Positions 1-7,873 of a stretch of DNA of 28,153 bases are shown here, piece after piece (positions within the stretch are counted from its first letter, which is position 1; every line of letters starts with the position of its first letter). This DNA comes from Candidatus Methylomirabilis sp. GTDB lineage: Bacteria > Methylomirabilota > Methylomirabilia > Methylomirabilales > Methylomirabilaceae. The translations under genes were made by a program, and so were the position numbers. The notes beneath the pieces were generated by a model. That model was given only the letters and a program-made list of their open reading frames with translations, was not told the DNA's origin and did not search any database. Where the stretch lies: NCBI GenBank assembly GCA_041498975.1, contig JBGQJI010000020.1:1-28153 (forward strand), given 5' to 3'.

Positions 1-984
1 CAGGTAATCACCGCCAAGGACGCGGCTGTATTGGTCCACAATGACATCGTCGCCTGCCCTGATTCCATAGAGGCCGAGAAATTCCTTCAAGCTTGGCGCA
101 GCAAACGGATCGAGCTGGACCAGCACCTTCCCGCCTCGTTCGACAAAGGTCTGCAGGGCCTTCAACTCTGACTCTGCCAGGTCGCGTTTCGGCCCGCTGA
201 TCACAAGGACGGCGGCATCCTCCGGGACCTGCGGTTCGCGCAGCAGGAGCAGCTCCTTGACTTGGTAGTTGGCCTTTTCCAGGGCCTCTTTCGCCTGCCG
301 GTAGCCGTTCCTGGACCCATCGTCCAGCTCGTTCTCACCGTGGCCTTTCAGGAAATAGACCATCCGCTTCCCTTCACGAAACAGCTTGATCAACCCGCTC
401 GTCAGGTGTTCCTCATCAACCTCCGTGATCTTCTCCTCTTTGTCTTTCGTCTCGAGAACCGTCGTCCCATAGGTGGTGATCCCGTATCGCTTGGCCAAGC
501 CGGGGTTCCTATCGGGATCCACAATCTGAAAACGGAACTTCAGCGAGAGATCCGCATACTGGCGGAGCACGTCCTCGGCGGGACGCCGATCCGGTTGATC
601 AGCGCGATAGAACGCGGTGACTTGGACCTCCTTTGCGAGCCCTCGAACCGCCTTCTTGGTCTGATCGGAAAGCGTGTAGCGGCTCCCCTCGGTCAGGTCG
701 ATCCGCGTATTGTGCCTGGCCGAGATCGCCTCGACCAGGGTGATGATTCCCAGCAGGAGGATCGTCATGATGGCGATGTTCAATCCCGCCATCGTGGAGC
801 GGCGACTGAACCAGGCATTGATGTCGCCGAAGGAGCGATAGAGACTGACAAGGATCAGCAGCGCCCCGAGCAGAGGGATGCCACCGATCCAGACCTTCAG
901 ATCTGGGCGGATGTTGTAGGCGATTCCACCCGCGACAAGGAGCAGGAGGCCGGCGGGTGCAGCGTAGCGAGCGAGATGGCGCAT
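1..984 (-). CDS. GldG-family ABC-transporter auxiliary component (ABC_transp_aux), 3' end runs off the window
   Basis: Not in the ORF track; translated by hand from ATG at 984, 2 nt after the upstream TAA and preceded by GGAGGG: MRHLARYAAPAGLLLLVAGG... It has three N-terminal hydrophobic segments, then RIDLTEGSRYTLSDQT, VDPDRNPGLAKRYGI, VYFLKGHGE and VLVISGPKRDL, typical of GldG-like proteins. The frame is open to position 1. Confidence 0.85.
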   Translation of the reverse strand, partial: MRHLARYAAPAGLLLLVAGGIAYNIRPDLKVWIGGIPLLGALLILVSLYRSFGDINAWFSRRSTMAGLNIAIMTILLLGIITLVEAISARHNTRIDLTEGSRYTLSDQTKKAVRGLAKEVQVTAFYRADQPDRRPAEDVLRQYADLSLKFRFQIVDPDRNPGLAKRYGITTYGTTVLETKDKEEKITEVDEEHLTSGLIKLFREGKRMVYFLKGHGENELDDGSRNGYRQAKEALEKANYQVKELLLLREPQVPEDAAVLVISGPKRDLAESELKALQTFVERGGKVLVQLDPFAAPSLKEFLGLYGIRAGDDVIVDQYSRVLGGDYL

Positions 985-986
985 GG

Positions 987-1754
987 TTATCCCCTCCACC
1001 GCTTCGATTCCAGGGAACGGAGCGTCAGGAAGAGGCAAAGGAGCGTGAAATCGAGATAGAAAATCACGTCCTTGCTTTCGATGGTTCCCTTGGCGAAGCT
1101 GTCGTAATGGTTGATGATCGAGAGGTGCGAGAGGATAGGGCCAAGAGTCGGGCCGGCCGCATCCGTGGACCAACCGATGACCCAGAGCAGGAGCAGGACG
1201 CCGAAGGCGCCGACCGACGCGACGATCTGGTTCTCCGTCAGCGAGGAGGCTAGGACCCCCAGCCCCAGGAAGGCCATCCCTAGGAGCAGGAGGCCGAGAT
1301 AGCCGCTCAGGATGGGCCCCCACTCCAACCGCGCGAAGAAGCGCAGCATCACCAGGTCGAGCAGGCTGATCCCCAGCATTAGTGCATACAATGCCAGGGC
1401 TGCCAGGAACTTTCCGAGCAGCAGCTCCCAGTCGCGGATCGGATAGGTGAAGAGGAGCTCGATCGTCCCGCTCTTTTTCTCCTCGGAAAAGAGGCGCATC
1501 GTCGCCGCCGGCATCAGGAGGAGCATCGTGACGGCGATGTTGCGGAGGAGGGGACGGACGATCCACTCGGACGCGTTCAGGCCCTGCGCAAAGGCGGGGT
1601 TGAAGGACGCCTGCAGGCTACTCAGAGAGAAAAAGGTGAGAAGACTGTAGAAGAAGTAGCCCGACAGGAGCGCGAAGATCGTCAGGACCACGTAGGCGAT
1701 AGGGGAGGCGAAATAGGAGCGCAGCTCTTTCTTGAAGATCGCCAGGACATTCAT
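987..1754 (-). CDS. ABC-2 type permease, GldF-like
   Basis: 255 aa, multi-TM. IFKKELRSYFASPIAY start, TMRLFSEEKKSGTIELLFTYP and SSLTENQIVA motifs. Overlaps the ATPase stop by 4 nt. Confidence 0.9.
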   Translation of the reverse strand: MNVLAIFKKELRSYFASPIAYVVLTIFALLSGYFFYSLLTFFSLSSLQASFNPAFAQGLNASEWIVRPLLRNIAVTMLLLMPAATMRLFSEEKKSGTIELLFTYPIRDWELLLGKFLAALALYALMLGISLLDLVMLRFFARLEWGPILSGYLGLLLLGMAFLGLGVLASSLTENQIVASVGAFGVLLLLWVIGWSTDAAGPTLGPILSHLSIINHYDSFAKGTIESKDVIFYLDFTLLCLFLTLRSLESKRWRG

Positions 1755-2704
1755 CCGCGCACCTCCTGCTCCTCATCGGTCACCAGTCTGATGAAGATTT
1801 CCTCCAGCGTCATGTCGGCGGGACGGAGCTCCAGCAGCCCCCACCCGCGCTCGACGACGGCGCGGGAGACCTCGCGCCGCAGATCACGGCTCCGCTCCGA
1901 CTCCACGACAAAACTGACCGCCCCATGAGGGGCCTCATCCTTCGCCTCGGCCCGCAACACTCCTGAAAGCTGGGTCAGGGCCGCCTCGACCTGGTCGGCT
2001 GGCCCGTCCACCGTGATCAGCAGTTTGGCGGAACTCTGGAGCCTGGCGGTCAGGTTCTCCGGCGTGTCAACGGCGATGATATGGCCGTCGTGGATGATAA
2101 TGACCCGTTGGCAGACCATGCTAGCCTCGGGGAGGATGTGCGTGGAGAGGATAATGGTGCTCTTGCCGGACAGATCTTTGATGAGCTGCCTGATCTCGAT
2201 GATCTGTTTCGGGTCGAGCCCGACGGTCGGCTCATCGAGGATGAGCACTTCGGGGTCGTTCAGCAAGGCCTGCGCAATTCCGACGCGCTGCCGGTACCCG
2301 CGCGAGAGGGCGCCGATCAGCATCCGCCGCACCTCGACGATCCTGCACTTCTCCATGATCTCGCCGATCCTGGCGCGGCGGTGGCGACGCTCCAGCCCTT
2401 TGACCTCGGCGACGAACTCCAGGTAGTCGGCCACCTTCATGTCGGTGTAGAGCGGCACATTCTCCGGAAGGTAACCTATTCGCCGCCGGACCTGGAGAGA
2501 ATCGGTGAGGATGTCGTAGCCGGCCACGCGGGCGGTCCCGCTGCTGGGGGGCAGAAAGCCGGTCAAGATCCGCATCGTGGTCGTCTTGCCGGCGCCGTTG
2601 GGCCCCAGAAATCCGACGATCTCCCCCTTCTCGACGGTGAAGGACACATCCTCGATCGCTGCGACCTTCTGAAAGTACTTCGTTAGCTTTTCCGCTTCGA
2701 TCAT
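1751..2704 (-). CDS. ABC transporter ATP-binding protein, GldA-like
   Basis: Walker A GPNGAGKTT, signature LSRGYRQR, Walker B LILDEPT, H-loop STHIL. RBS AGGAGG upstream. Confidence 0.95.
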   Translation of the reverse strand: MIEAEKLTKYFQKVAAIEDVSFTVEKGEIVGFLGPNGAGKTTTMRILTGFLPPSSGTARVAGYDILTDSLQVRRRIGYLPENVPLYTDMKVADYLEFVAEVKGLERRHRRARIGEIMEKCRIVEVRRMLIGALSRGYRQRVGIAQALLNDPEVLILDEPTVGLDPKQIIEIRQLIKDLSGKSTIILSTHILPEASMVCQRVIIIHDGHIIAVDTPENLTARLQSSAKLLITVDGPADQVEAALTQLSGVLRAEAKDEAPHGAVSFVVESERSRDLRREVSRAVVERGWGLLELRPADMTLEEIFIRLVTDEEQEVRG

Positions 2705-2768
2705 TGCGCCTCCTGTTGATGTCGGTCTGTCTGTTGCGCAATCTGAATTATCGCCATAACCCTCTCAT

Positions 2769-2798
2769 ATGATACACGATCGGGCTTCCTGGACGCAA
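2769..2798 (-). promoter_or_regulatory. Candidate sigma70 promoter for the Gld-like ABC operon
   Basis: On the - strand TTGCGT (2798-2793), 18 bp spacer, TATCAT (2774-2769), about 65 bp upstream of the ATG. Confidence 0.35.
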
Positions 2799-2941
2799 CG
2801 GTAGTGGAAGGCATCAGTCGCCTTGAGACCAAAATCTCTTCAACAGCTGAAGAGCCGCATGGCGCAGAATTCCCTTATGGGACCCCCTGATGGGTCAAGC
2901 TCGCCTTGCTTCACGGGACTGCGACGGAATGTGAAAATCGT

Positions 2942-2971
2942 TTGACAATGTTCTCGACTTTTCCCTATGAT
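2942..2971 (+). promoter_or_regulatory. sigma70 promoter of the acyl-CoA gene cluster
   Basis: Perfect -35 TTGACA (2942-2947), 18 bp spacer, -10 TATGAT (2966-2971), 41 bp before the tetR ATG. Confidence 0.7.
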
Positions 2972-2980
2972 TGCCCCATC

Positions 2981-2996
2981 CTGAACGAGCGTTCAG
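2981..2996. promoter_or_regulatory. Palindromic operator, probable binding site of the adjacent TetR regulator
   Basis: CTGAACG-AG-CGTTCAG, a perfect 7-bp inverted repeat just downstream of the -10 box. This is a typical position for TetR autorepression. Confidence 0.65.
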
Positions 2997-3012
2997 TCAG
3001 CGGGAGCATGCC

Positions 3013-3651
3013 ATGCCAGCAACCATGCGGCAGATCGAAACTGTGGTCAAGGATCGCGCGCTGATCGCGCGACGGCACGAGCAGATCTGCGATTCCGCCC
3101 TTCAGCACTTCGCCCGCAAGGGGTATCATCAGACCAGCGTCCGCGAGATCGCAGAGACCGCACACCTTTCCGTCGGGGCCCTCTACACCTACATCAAGAG
3201 CAAAGAAGATATCCTTCTCTTGGTCTATCATCGTATTTTCAGTCTCTTTCAAGAGAAGATGTCGGAGGCGATGGCCAAGAGCGGGGACCCTGCCGCTCAA
3301 CTCAAGTCGGCCATCGAAGCCACGCTTAGACTCTATGACGATTACCACGACCTCATCCTTGTCCTGTATCAGGAGTCGCACACGCTGAGGAGGGAGGCGC
3401 TGCAGCAACTCTTTGGAGTAGATCGCCGGTACGTCTCGATGTTCCAGGCGATCATCGAGCGGGGAAATCGGGAGGGACATTTCGCGGCTCAAGACCCGAA
3501 CCTGGCAGCGATCGTGATCCTTTTCCTCTGCGCGGTCTGGCCGCTGAAGCGTTGGAACCTGAAGAAGTACGACCTCGCAACCGTGACGGATAGCGTGGTT
3601 AGCCTTGTCTCTAGAGGGATCGGAGGGAGTCATGGGTTTCGAAACAATTGA
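3013..3651 (+). CDS. TetR/AcrR-family transcriptional regulator
   Basis: HTH QICDSALQHFARKGYHQTSVREIAETAHLSVGALYTYIKSKEDIL. Start moved to ATG 3013 (GGGAG RBS at 3002-3006) because the track start at 2971 lies in the promoter. Confidence 0.93.
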   Translation: MPATMRQIETVVKDRALIARRHEQICDSALQHFARKGYHQTSVREIAETAHLSVGALYTYIKSKEDILLLVYHRIFSLFQEKMSEAMAKSGDPAAQLKSAIEATLRLYDDYHDLILVLYQESHTLRREALQQLFGVDRRYVSMFQAIIERGNREGHFAAQDPNLAAIVILFLCAVWPLKRWNLKKYDLATVTDSVVSLVSRGIGGSHGFRNN

Positions 3652-4414
3652 ACTGCAGATCGAGGGCGGCATCGCGACTCTCACGTTGAATCGGCCAAAG
3701 GCGCTGAATGCGCTCAATCTGGCGATGGTGAGGGAGTTACAAGAGGCAGTGCATCAGGTCCGGGACGATCCGACGGTCCGGGTGGTGGTGGTCACCGGGG
3801 CGGGGGAGAAGGCGTTCGCCGCTGGCGCCGATATCACCGAGTTCAAAGGCATGAGCCCGGTCGATGCCTGGACGTTCACCCAGCAGATGCAGAGGGTCTA
3901 CCTGGAGCTCGAGCGGTTGCCGAAGCCGGTCATCGCCGCCGTAAACGGGTATGCGCTAGGCGGCGGGTGTGAGCTGATGATGGCCTGCGATATCGCCTAT
4001 GCTTCGGACCGCGCGAAGATCGGCCAGCCCGAGATCAACCTGGGGATCATCCCGGGTGCCGGGGGGACGCAGCGCCTGTCGCGGCTGATCGGCAAACAGC
4101 GGGCGAAAGAGCTGGTGATGACCGGCGATATGATCGGCGCCCAGGAGGCCTGGAATCTTGGATTGCTGAATAAGGTTGTTCCCGCTGATCAACTCATGGC
4201 CGAGGTGAGGAAGCTTGCCGAAAAGCTGGCAGGAAAGGGGGCGGTGGCGCTGAAGGCAGCCAAGGAGGCGATCGAGGAAGGGTCTGATATCGGGCTGGAG
4301 CGGGGAATCGGAATCGAAGGGAAACTGTTCTCCCTCTGTTTTGCCACCGAGGACAAGGTCGAAGGTGTGAACGCGTTCCTGGAGAAGCGTCTCCCGAATT
4401 TCAAGGGGAAGTAG
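3632..4414 (+). CDS. Enoyl-CoA hydratase (crotonase, short-chain type)
   Basis: AFAAGADI oxyanion motif. Both catalytic Glu are present (GGGCEL and GQPEINLGIIPGAGGTQRL). ATG 3632 follows GGAGGGAG and overlaps the tetR end by 20 nt. Confidence 0.93.
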   Translation: MGFETIELQIEGGIATLTLNRPKALNALNLAMVRELQEAVHQVRDDPTVRVVVVTGAGEKAFAAGADITEFKGMSPVDAWTFTQQMQRVYLELERLPKPVIAAVNGYALGGGCELMMACDIAYASDRAKIGQPEINLGIIPGAGGTQRLSRLIGKQRAKELVMTGDMIGAQEAWNLGLLNKVVPADQLMAEVRKLAEKLAGKGAVALKAAKEAIEEGSDIGLERGIGIEGKLFSLCFATEDKVEGVNAFLEKRLPNFKGK

Positions 4415-4425
4415 TGGAACAACTG

Positions 4426-4455
4426 TTTCGGGTTCCGGGTTTCGGGTTTCGGGTT
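4426..4455 (+). repeat. Tandem heptamer repeat (TTYCGGG)x4
   Basis: TTTCGGG TTCCGGG TTTCGGG TTTCGGG TT between crotonase and acyl-CoA dehydrogenase 1. Same unit as the array at 7745-7873. Confidence 0.85.
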
Positions 4456-4466
4456 GGAACACGATT

Positions 4467-5606
4467 ATGAAGTTTGAGTTGAGTCAGGAGCAGCAGCTTT
4501 TTCGGGAAATGGTCCGCGAGTTCGCCGCGAAGGAGGTGGCGCCCCTCGCCAAGCGGGTGGACGAGGAGGGGATGTTTCCTCACGAGACGGTCAAACAGAT
4601 GGGCGAGTTGGGGCTCATGGGCGTGGCGATCCCGACGGAGTATGGCGGGGCCGGGGCGGACAACGTGTGCTACGCCATCGCCATAGAGGAGATCGCGCGC
4701 GCCTGTGCGTCAACCAGTGTCATCGTGTCTGTCAACAATTCCTTGGTCGCTGATCCCATTTACAAGTTCGGTACGGAGGCGCAGAAGCGGAAGTACTTGA
4801 TACCCTTGGCCACCGGCAGCATCCTTGGCTGCTTTGCGCTGAGCGAGCCCGGCGTCGGGTCGGACGCGGCAGGGCAGCAAACGTCCGCCAGGAGAGATGG
4901 GAATGCCTTCATCCTGAATGGAACAAAGAATTTCATTACGAACGCCCTGGAGGCCGAAATCGCGTTGGTCTTCGCCACAGTCGATCGCCATCTGCGGGCC
5001 AAGGGGATCTGTGCGTTTATCGTGGAGAAGGGGACGCCTGGTTTCTCGATCACGAAAATTGAAAAGAAGCTTGGGATCAAGGGGTCGAGTTGTTGCCAGC
5101 TTCTTTTCGAAGACTGTCGGGTGCCGGAGGGAAATCTGCTCGGCGAAGTGGGGCAGGGGTTCAAGATCGCCATGGCCACTCTGGACGCGGGGCGGATCGG
5201 CATCGCGGCTCAGGCGGTGGGGATCGCGCAGGCCGCACTGGATATCTCGCTGAGCTACTCGACCCAACGACAAACCTTCGGCAAACCGATCGCGTCGTTC
5301 CAGGCGATCCAATGGATGATCGCCGACATCGCGCATCAGACCGAAGCGGCCAGGCTGCTCACCTACCGGGCGGCCTGGATGAAGGATAAGGGCGCCCGAC
5401 ATACCAGGGAATCTGCGATGGCTAAGCTGTTCGCTTCGGAGACGGCCAGCCGGGCCGCCACGAAGGCGCTCCAAATCCACGGCGGCTACGGATATATTTA
5501 CGATTTTGCAGCCCAGCGCCTGTTCCGCGACGCTCGCGTCACCGAGATCTACGAAGGCACGTCGGAGATCCAGCGCCTCGTGATCGCCGAACATCTGTTG
5601 ATCTGA
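4467..5606 (+). CDS. Acyl-CoA dehydrogenase 1 (short-chain/butyryl-CoA type)
   Basis: [38 protein letters not shown] and catalytic [10 protein letters not shown] (Y362-E363). Confidence 0.93.
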   Translation: MKFELSQEQQLFREMVREFAAKEVAPLAKRVDEEGMFPHETVKQMGELGLMGVAIPTEYGGAGADNVCYAIAIEEIARACASTSVIVSVNNSLVADPIYKFGTEAQKRKYLIPLATGSILGCFALSEPGVGSDAAGQQTSARRDGNAFILNGTKNFITNALEAEIALVFATVDRHLRAKGICAFIVEKGTPGFSITKIEKKLGIKGSSCCQLLFEDCRVPEGNLLGEVGQGFKIAMATLDAGRIGIAAQAVGIAQAALDISLSYSTQRQTFGKPIASFQAIQWMIADIAHQTEAARLLTYRAAWMKDKGARHTRESAMAKLFASETASRAATKALQIHGGYGYIYDFAAQRLFRDARVTEIYEGTSEIQRLVIAEHLLI

Positions 5607-5620
5607 GGAGTTCACCCCAA

Positions 5621-5708
5621 CCGCTCAGCCTGACCGTCTTCCCTCAGGGGAGAATTCGACAAGCTCAGTCGAGCGAAGGTCAGGATGAGGGGGAAGGTCA
5701 GCGAGCGG
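5621..5708. repeat. Intergenic palindromic (REP-like) element with a nested small hairpin
   Basis: CTCAGCCTGACC (5624-5635) pairs with GGTCAGGATGAG (5678-5689) at 11/12. Outer CCGCTC/GAGCGG. Inner TCGAC-AAGCTCA-GTCGA hairpin. Confidence 0.6.
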
Positions 5709-5760
5709 GCCGGTCTACGGTAATCTGGTAGCAGCCCGCTTAGCATCAGAGGACACGGCC

Positions 5761-6567
5761 ATGCCACTGAACATTATCGTGTGCATCAAGCAGATCATCG
5801 ATCCTGAAATCCCGGCAAGTCAGTTCAAGATCGATCCTTCAACCAAGCGCCAGGTGCAAGGCAGTCACTCGCTTGTCATCAGCGTGTACGATCAGAACGC
5901 GATCGAGGTGGCAATCCAGCTTAAGGAGAGGCATGGCGGCAAGGTGACCGCGATCAGCGTCGGCGCAGCTACGGCTGTCACCGCGCTCAAGAGCGCACTG
6001 TCGATGGGTGCAGATGAGGCGGTCTTGGTCAGTGACCCCGCGATGGTGGCGTCGGATCAGCAGGGGATCGCCCATGTCCTTGCAAAGGCGATCCAGAAAG
6101 TCGGTGGAGGTGAGCTGATCCTGACCGGTTGCGTCTCGGGAGATTGGGGTGACCGTGCAGTGCCGGCGTTCGTGGCTGAAGAGCTGGGGATCGGGTGCGT
6201 GAGTTTTGTGTCCCGGGTCGAGGCGAAGGATGGGCAGGTGGTGTTGCGTCGAGTCGTGGAGGATGGCTACGAGCTGATCGAGGCAAAGACCCCCGTCCTG
6301 GCCAGCATCATCTCCGATGAGACCAACACCCCTCGCTACCCCAAGCTGAAAGATATCATGGCCGCCGGCAAAAAGACGATCCCTGTCTGGAAGGCGGCGG
6401 ATCTCGGGCTCGCCCCGGAAAGGATCGGTGCCGGCGCAGCGAGGGTTGCGATCGCAGACGTGTATGTTCCAGTCAAAGAATCGAAGTGTGAGATGATCGA
6501 GGGGGACACACCGGAGGAGCAGGCAGCGAAGCTGGCCGCCAGGCTACGAGAGCTCAAGCTGATCTAG
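5761..6567 (+). CDS. etfB: Electron transfer flavoprotein beta subunit
   Basis: NIIVCIKQIIDP start, DQNAIEVAIQLKE, ALSMGADEAV and the recognition loop NTPRYPKLKDIMAAGKK. Confidence 0.93.
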   Translation: MPLNIIVCIKQIIDPEIPASQFKIDPSTKRQVQGSHSLVISVYDQNAIEVAIQLKERHGGKVTAISVGAATAVTALKSALSMGADEAVLVSDPAMVASDQQGIAHVLAKAIQKVGGGELILTGCVSGDWGDRAVPAFVAEELGIGCVSFVSRVEAKDGQVVLRRVVEDGYELIEAKTPVLASIISDETNTPRYPKLKDIMAAGKKTIPVWKAADLGLAPERIGAGAARVAIADVYVPVKESKCEMIEGDTPEEQAAKLAARLRELKLI

Positions 6568-6696
6568 TGCCGGTCCAATAAGCTTCGCCTAGCGGCGAGG
6601 CTTCACCCCGGGGCACTCCCTGCGACGTACTTGTGGATGTACGCCTCGGTCGGCCCCGTGAGCCGCGCCTTGCTATGTTCGTTTCTTGGACCGGCA
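6568..6696. mobile_element. MITE-like element (129 bp) with 14-bp terminal inverted repeats between etfB and etfA
   Basis: Left end TGCCGGTCCAATAA (6568-6581); right end TTCTTGGACCGGCA (6683-6696, reverse complement TGCCGGTCCAAGAA), 13/14 match. It starts immediately after the etfB CTAG stop and contains a CGTAC-N8-GTACG hairpin. No transposase in the window. Confidence 0.55.
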
Positions 6697-6744
6697 TGAC
6701 GCGCATCAACTCTAGAGTGGTTGGACGCGCACCAGGGAGGATGG

Positions 6745-7731
6745 ATGCAGGGAACGTTGGTCTTCGCAACGACTGAGGGCGGTGCGCTGGCGCGGAATGC
6801 GCTGGAAGTGTTGGCGGGCGGGAAAAGGCTCAAGGCTCTTCTCGGGGAGCCGGTCGGCGCGGCTCTCTTGGGAACAGATCTGGCAGCGCACGTCCCGCTC
6901 CTCTTTGCTTATGGTGCCGACCACGTCTATCGAGCAGAGCACCCCCTTCTCGAACGATATCAAGGCGATGCGCACGCTATCGCCTTGCACCAGGTCTGCC
7001 AGCGCGCACAACCGAACGTGATCCTGCTACCCGGAGACTCCACCGGGCGAGAGCTGGGTCCGCGTCTGGCCCATAGGCTGAAGGCCGGATTCGTTGCGGA
7101 CTTCATTGATTTCGACCTGGACCCTGCGTCCGGTCGGCTTCGGTTTACACGCCAGACCTATGGTGGCAAGGCGCTGTCCGTCGTGGTGCCGAACGTCGGT
7201 CCGGTCGTGGCAACCGTCAAGGTGCGGGCGCTGGATCCGGCCGCGAAGGAAGAGGGCAGGAGCGGCGAAGAGACCATGGTCGATGTCGCTCTGGACGCGT
7301 CGCAGCTCAAGACGCGCCTTCTCGAGAGGGTTCAGGAGGAGGTGACCGGCGTCAAGCTCGATGATGCGAAGATCGTGGTCAGCGGCGGGCGCGGGCTCCG
7401 TGGTCCGGAAGGGTTCAAGGTTCTCGAAGAGCTCGCTCAGGTTTTGAAAGGGGCGGTCGGCGCCTCCCGGGCAGCGACCGATGCCGGATGGGTCCCACCG
7501 TCCTGGCAGGTGGGGCAGACCGGCAAGAGCGTCAGTCCGGAGCTCTATCTGGCCTTCGGGATCTCCGGGGCGACTCAGCACGTCGCGGGTATGTCGGGCG
7601 CGAAGCATATCGTCGCGGTGAACACCGACCCTGAGGCGCCTATCTACAAGGTTGCCCAGCTCGGCGTTGTCGCGGACTGGAAGGCAGTTGCGACGAAGTT
7701 GATCGAGCAGTGTCGGGAATTGACGAGATGA
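6745..7731 (+). CDS. etfA: Electron transfer flavoprotein alpha subunit
   Basis: [26 protein letters not shown] and FAD-binding [20 protein letters not shown] 6745 follows GGGAGG. Confidence 0.94.
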   Translation: MQGTLVFATTEGGALARNALEVLAGGKRLKALLGEPVGAALLGTDLAAHVPLLFAYGADHVYRAEHPLLERYQGDAHAIALHQVCQRAQPNVILLPGDSTGRELGPRLAHRLKAGFVADFIDFDLDPASGRLRFTRQTYGGKALSVVVPNVGPVVATVKVRALDPAAKEEGRSGEETMVDVALDASQLKTRLLERVQEEVTGVKLDDAKIVVSGGRGLRGPEGFKVLEELAQVLKGAVGASRAATDAGWVPPSWQVGQTGKSVSPELYLAFGISGATQHVAGMSGAKHIVAVNTDPEAPIYKVAQLGVVADWKAVATKLIEQCRELTR

Positions 7732-7744
7732 TGAACGAAAACTG

Positions 7745-7873
7745 TTCTAGGTTCCGAGTTCCACGTCCCAAGTTGAGGGAAGTTCCCTCCTTGGAACCCG
7801 GAACCCGGAACCCGGAACCTGGCACTGCGAGGCAGAACCCGGAACTTGGAACCCGGAACTTGGAACCCGGAAC
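7745..7873. repeat. Inverted arrays of heptamer repeats (GGAACYY) around a central hairpin
   Basis: Left arm TTCTAGG TTCCGAG TTCCACG TCCCAAG; centre GAGGGAA-G-TTCCCTC; right arm about 10 GGAACCC/GGAACTT units (7793-7873) ending directly at the next ATG. Confidence 0.85.

Noticed and set aside
262..1059. 265-aa + strand ORF in the track
   Set aside because: Antisense shadow of the GldG-like gene, which has clear family motifs and an RBS.
7793..7873. Possible CRISPR array
   Set aside because: Units are 7-bp tandem repeats without unique spacers, and there are no cas genes in the window.
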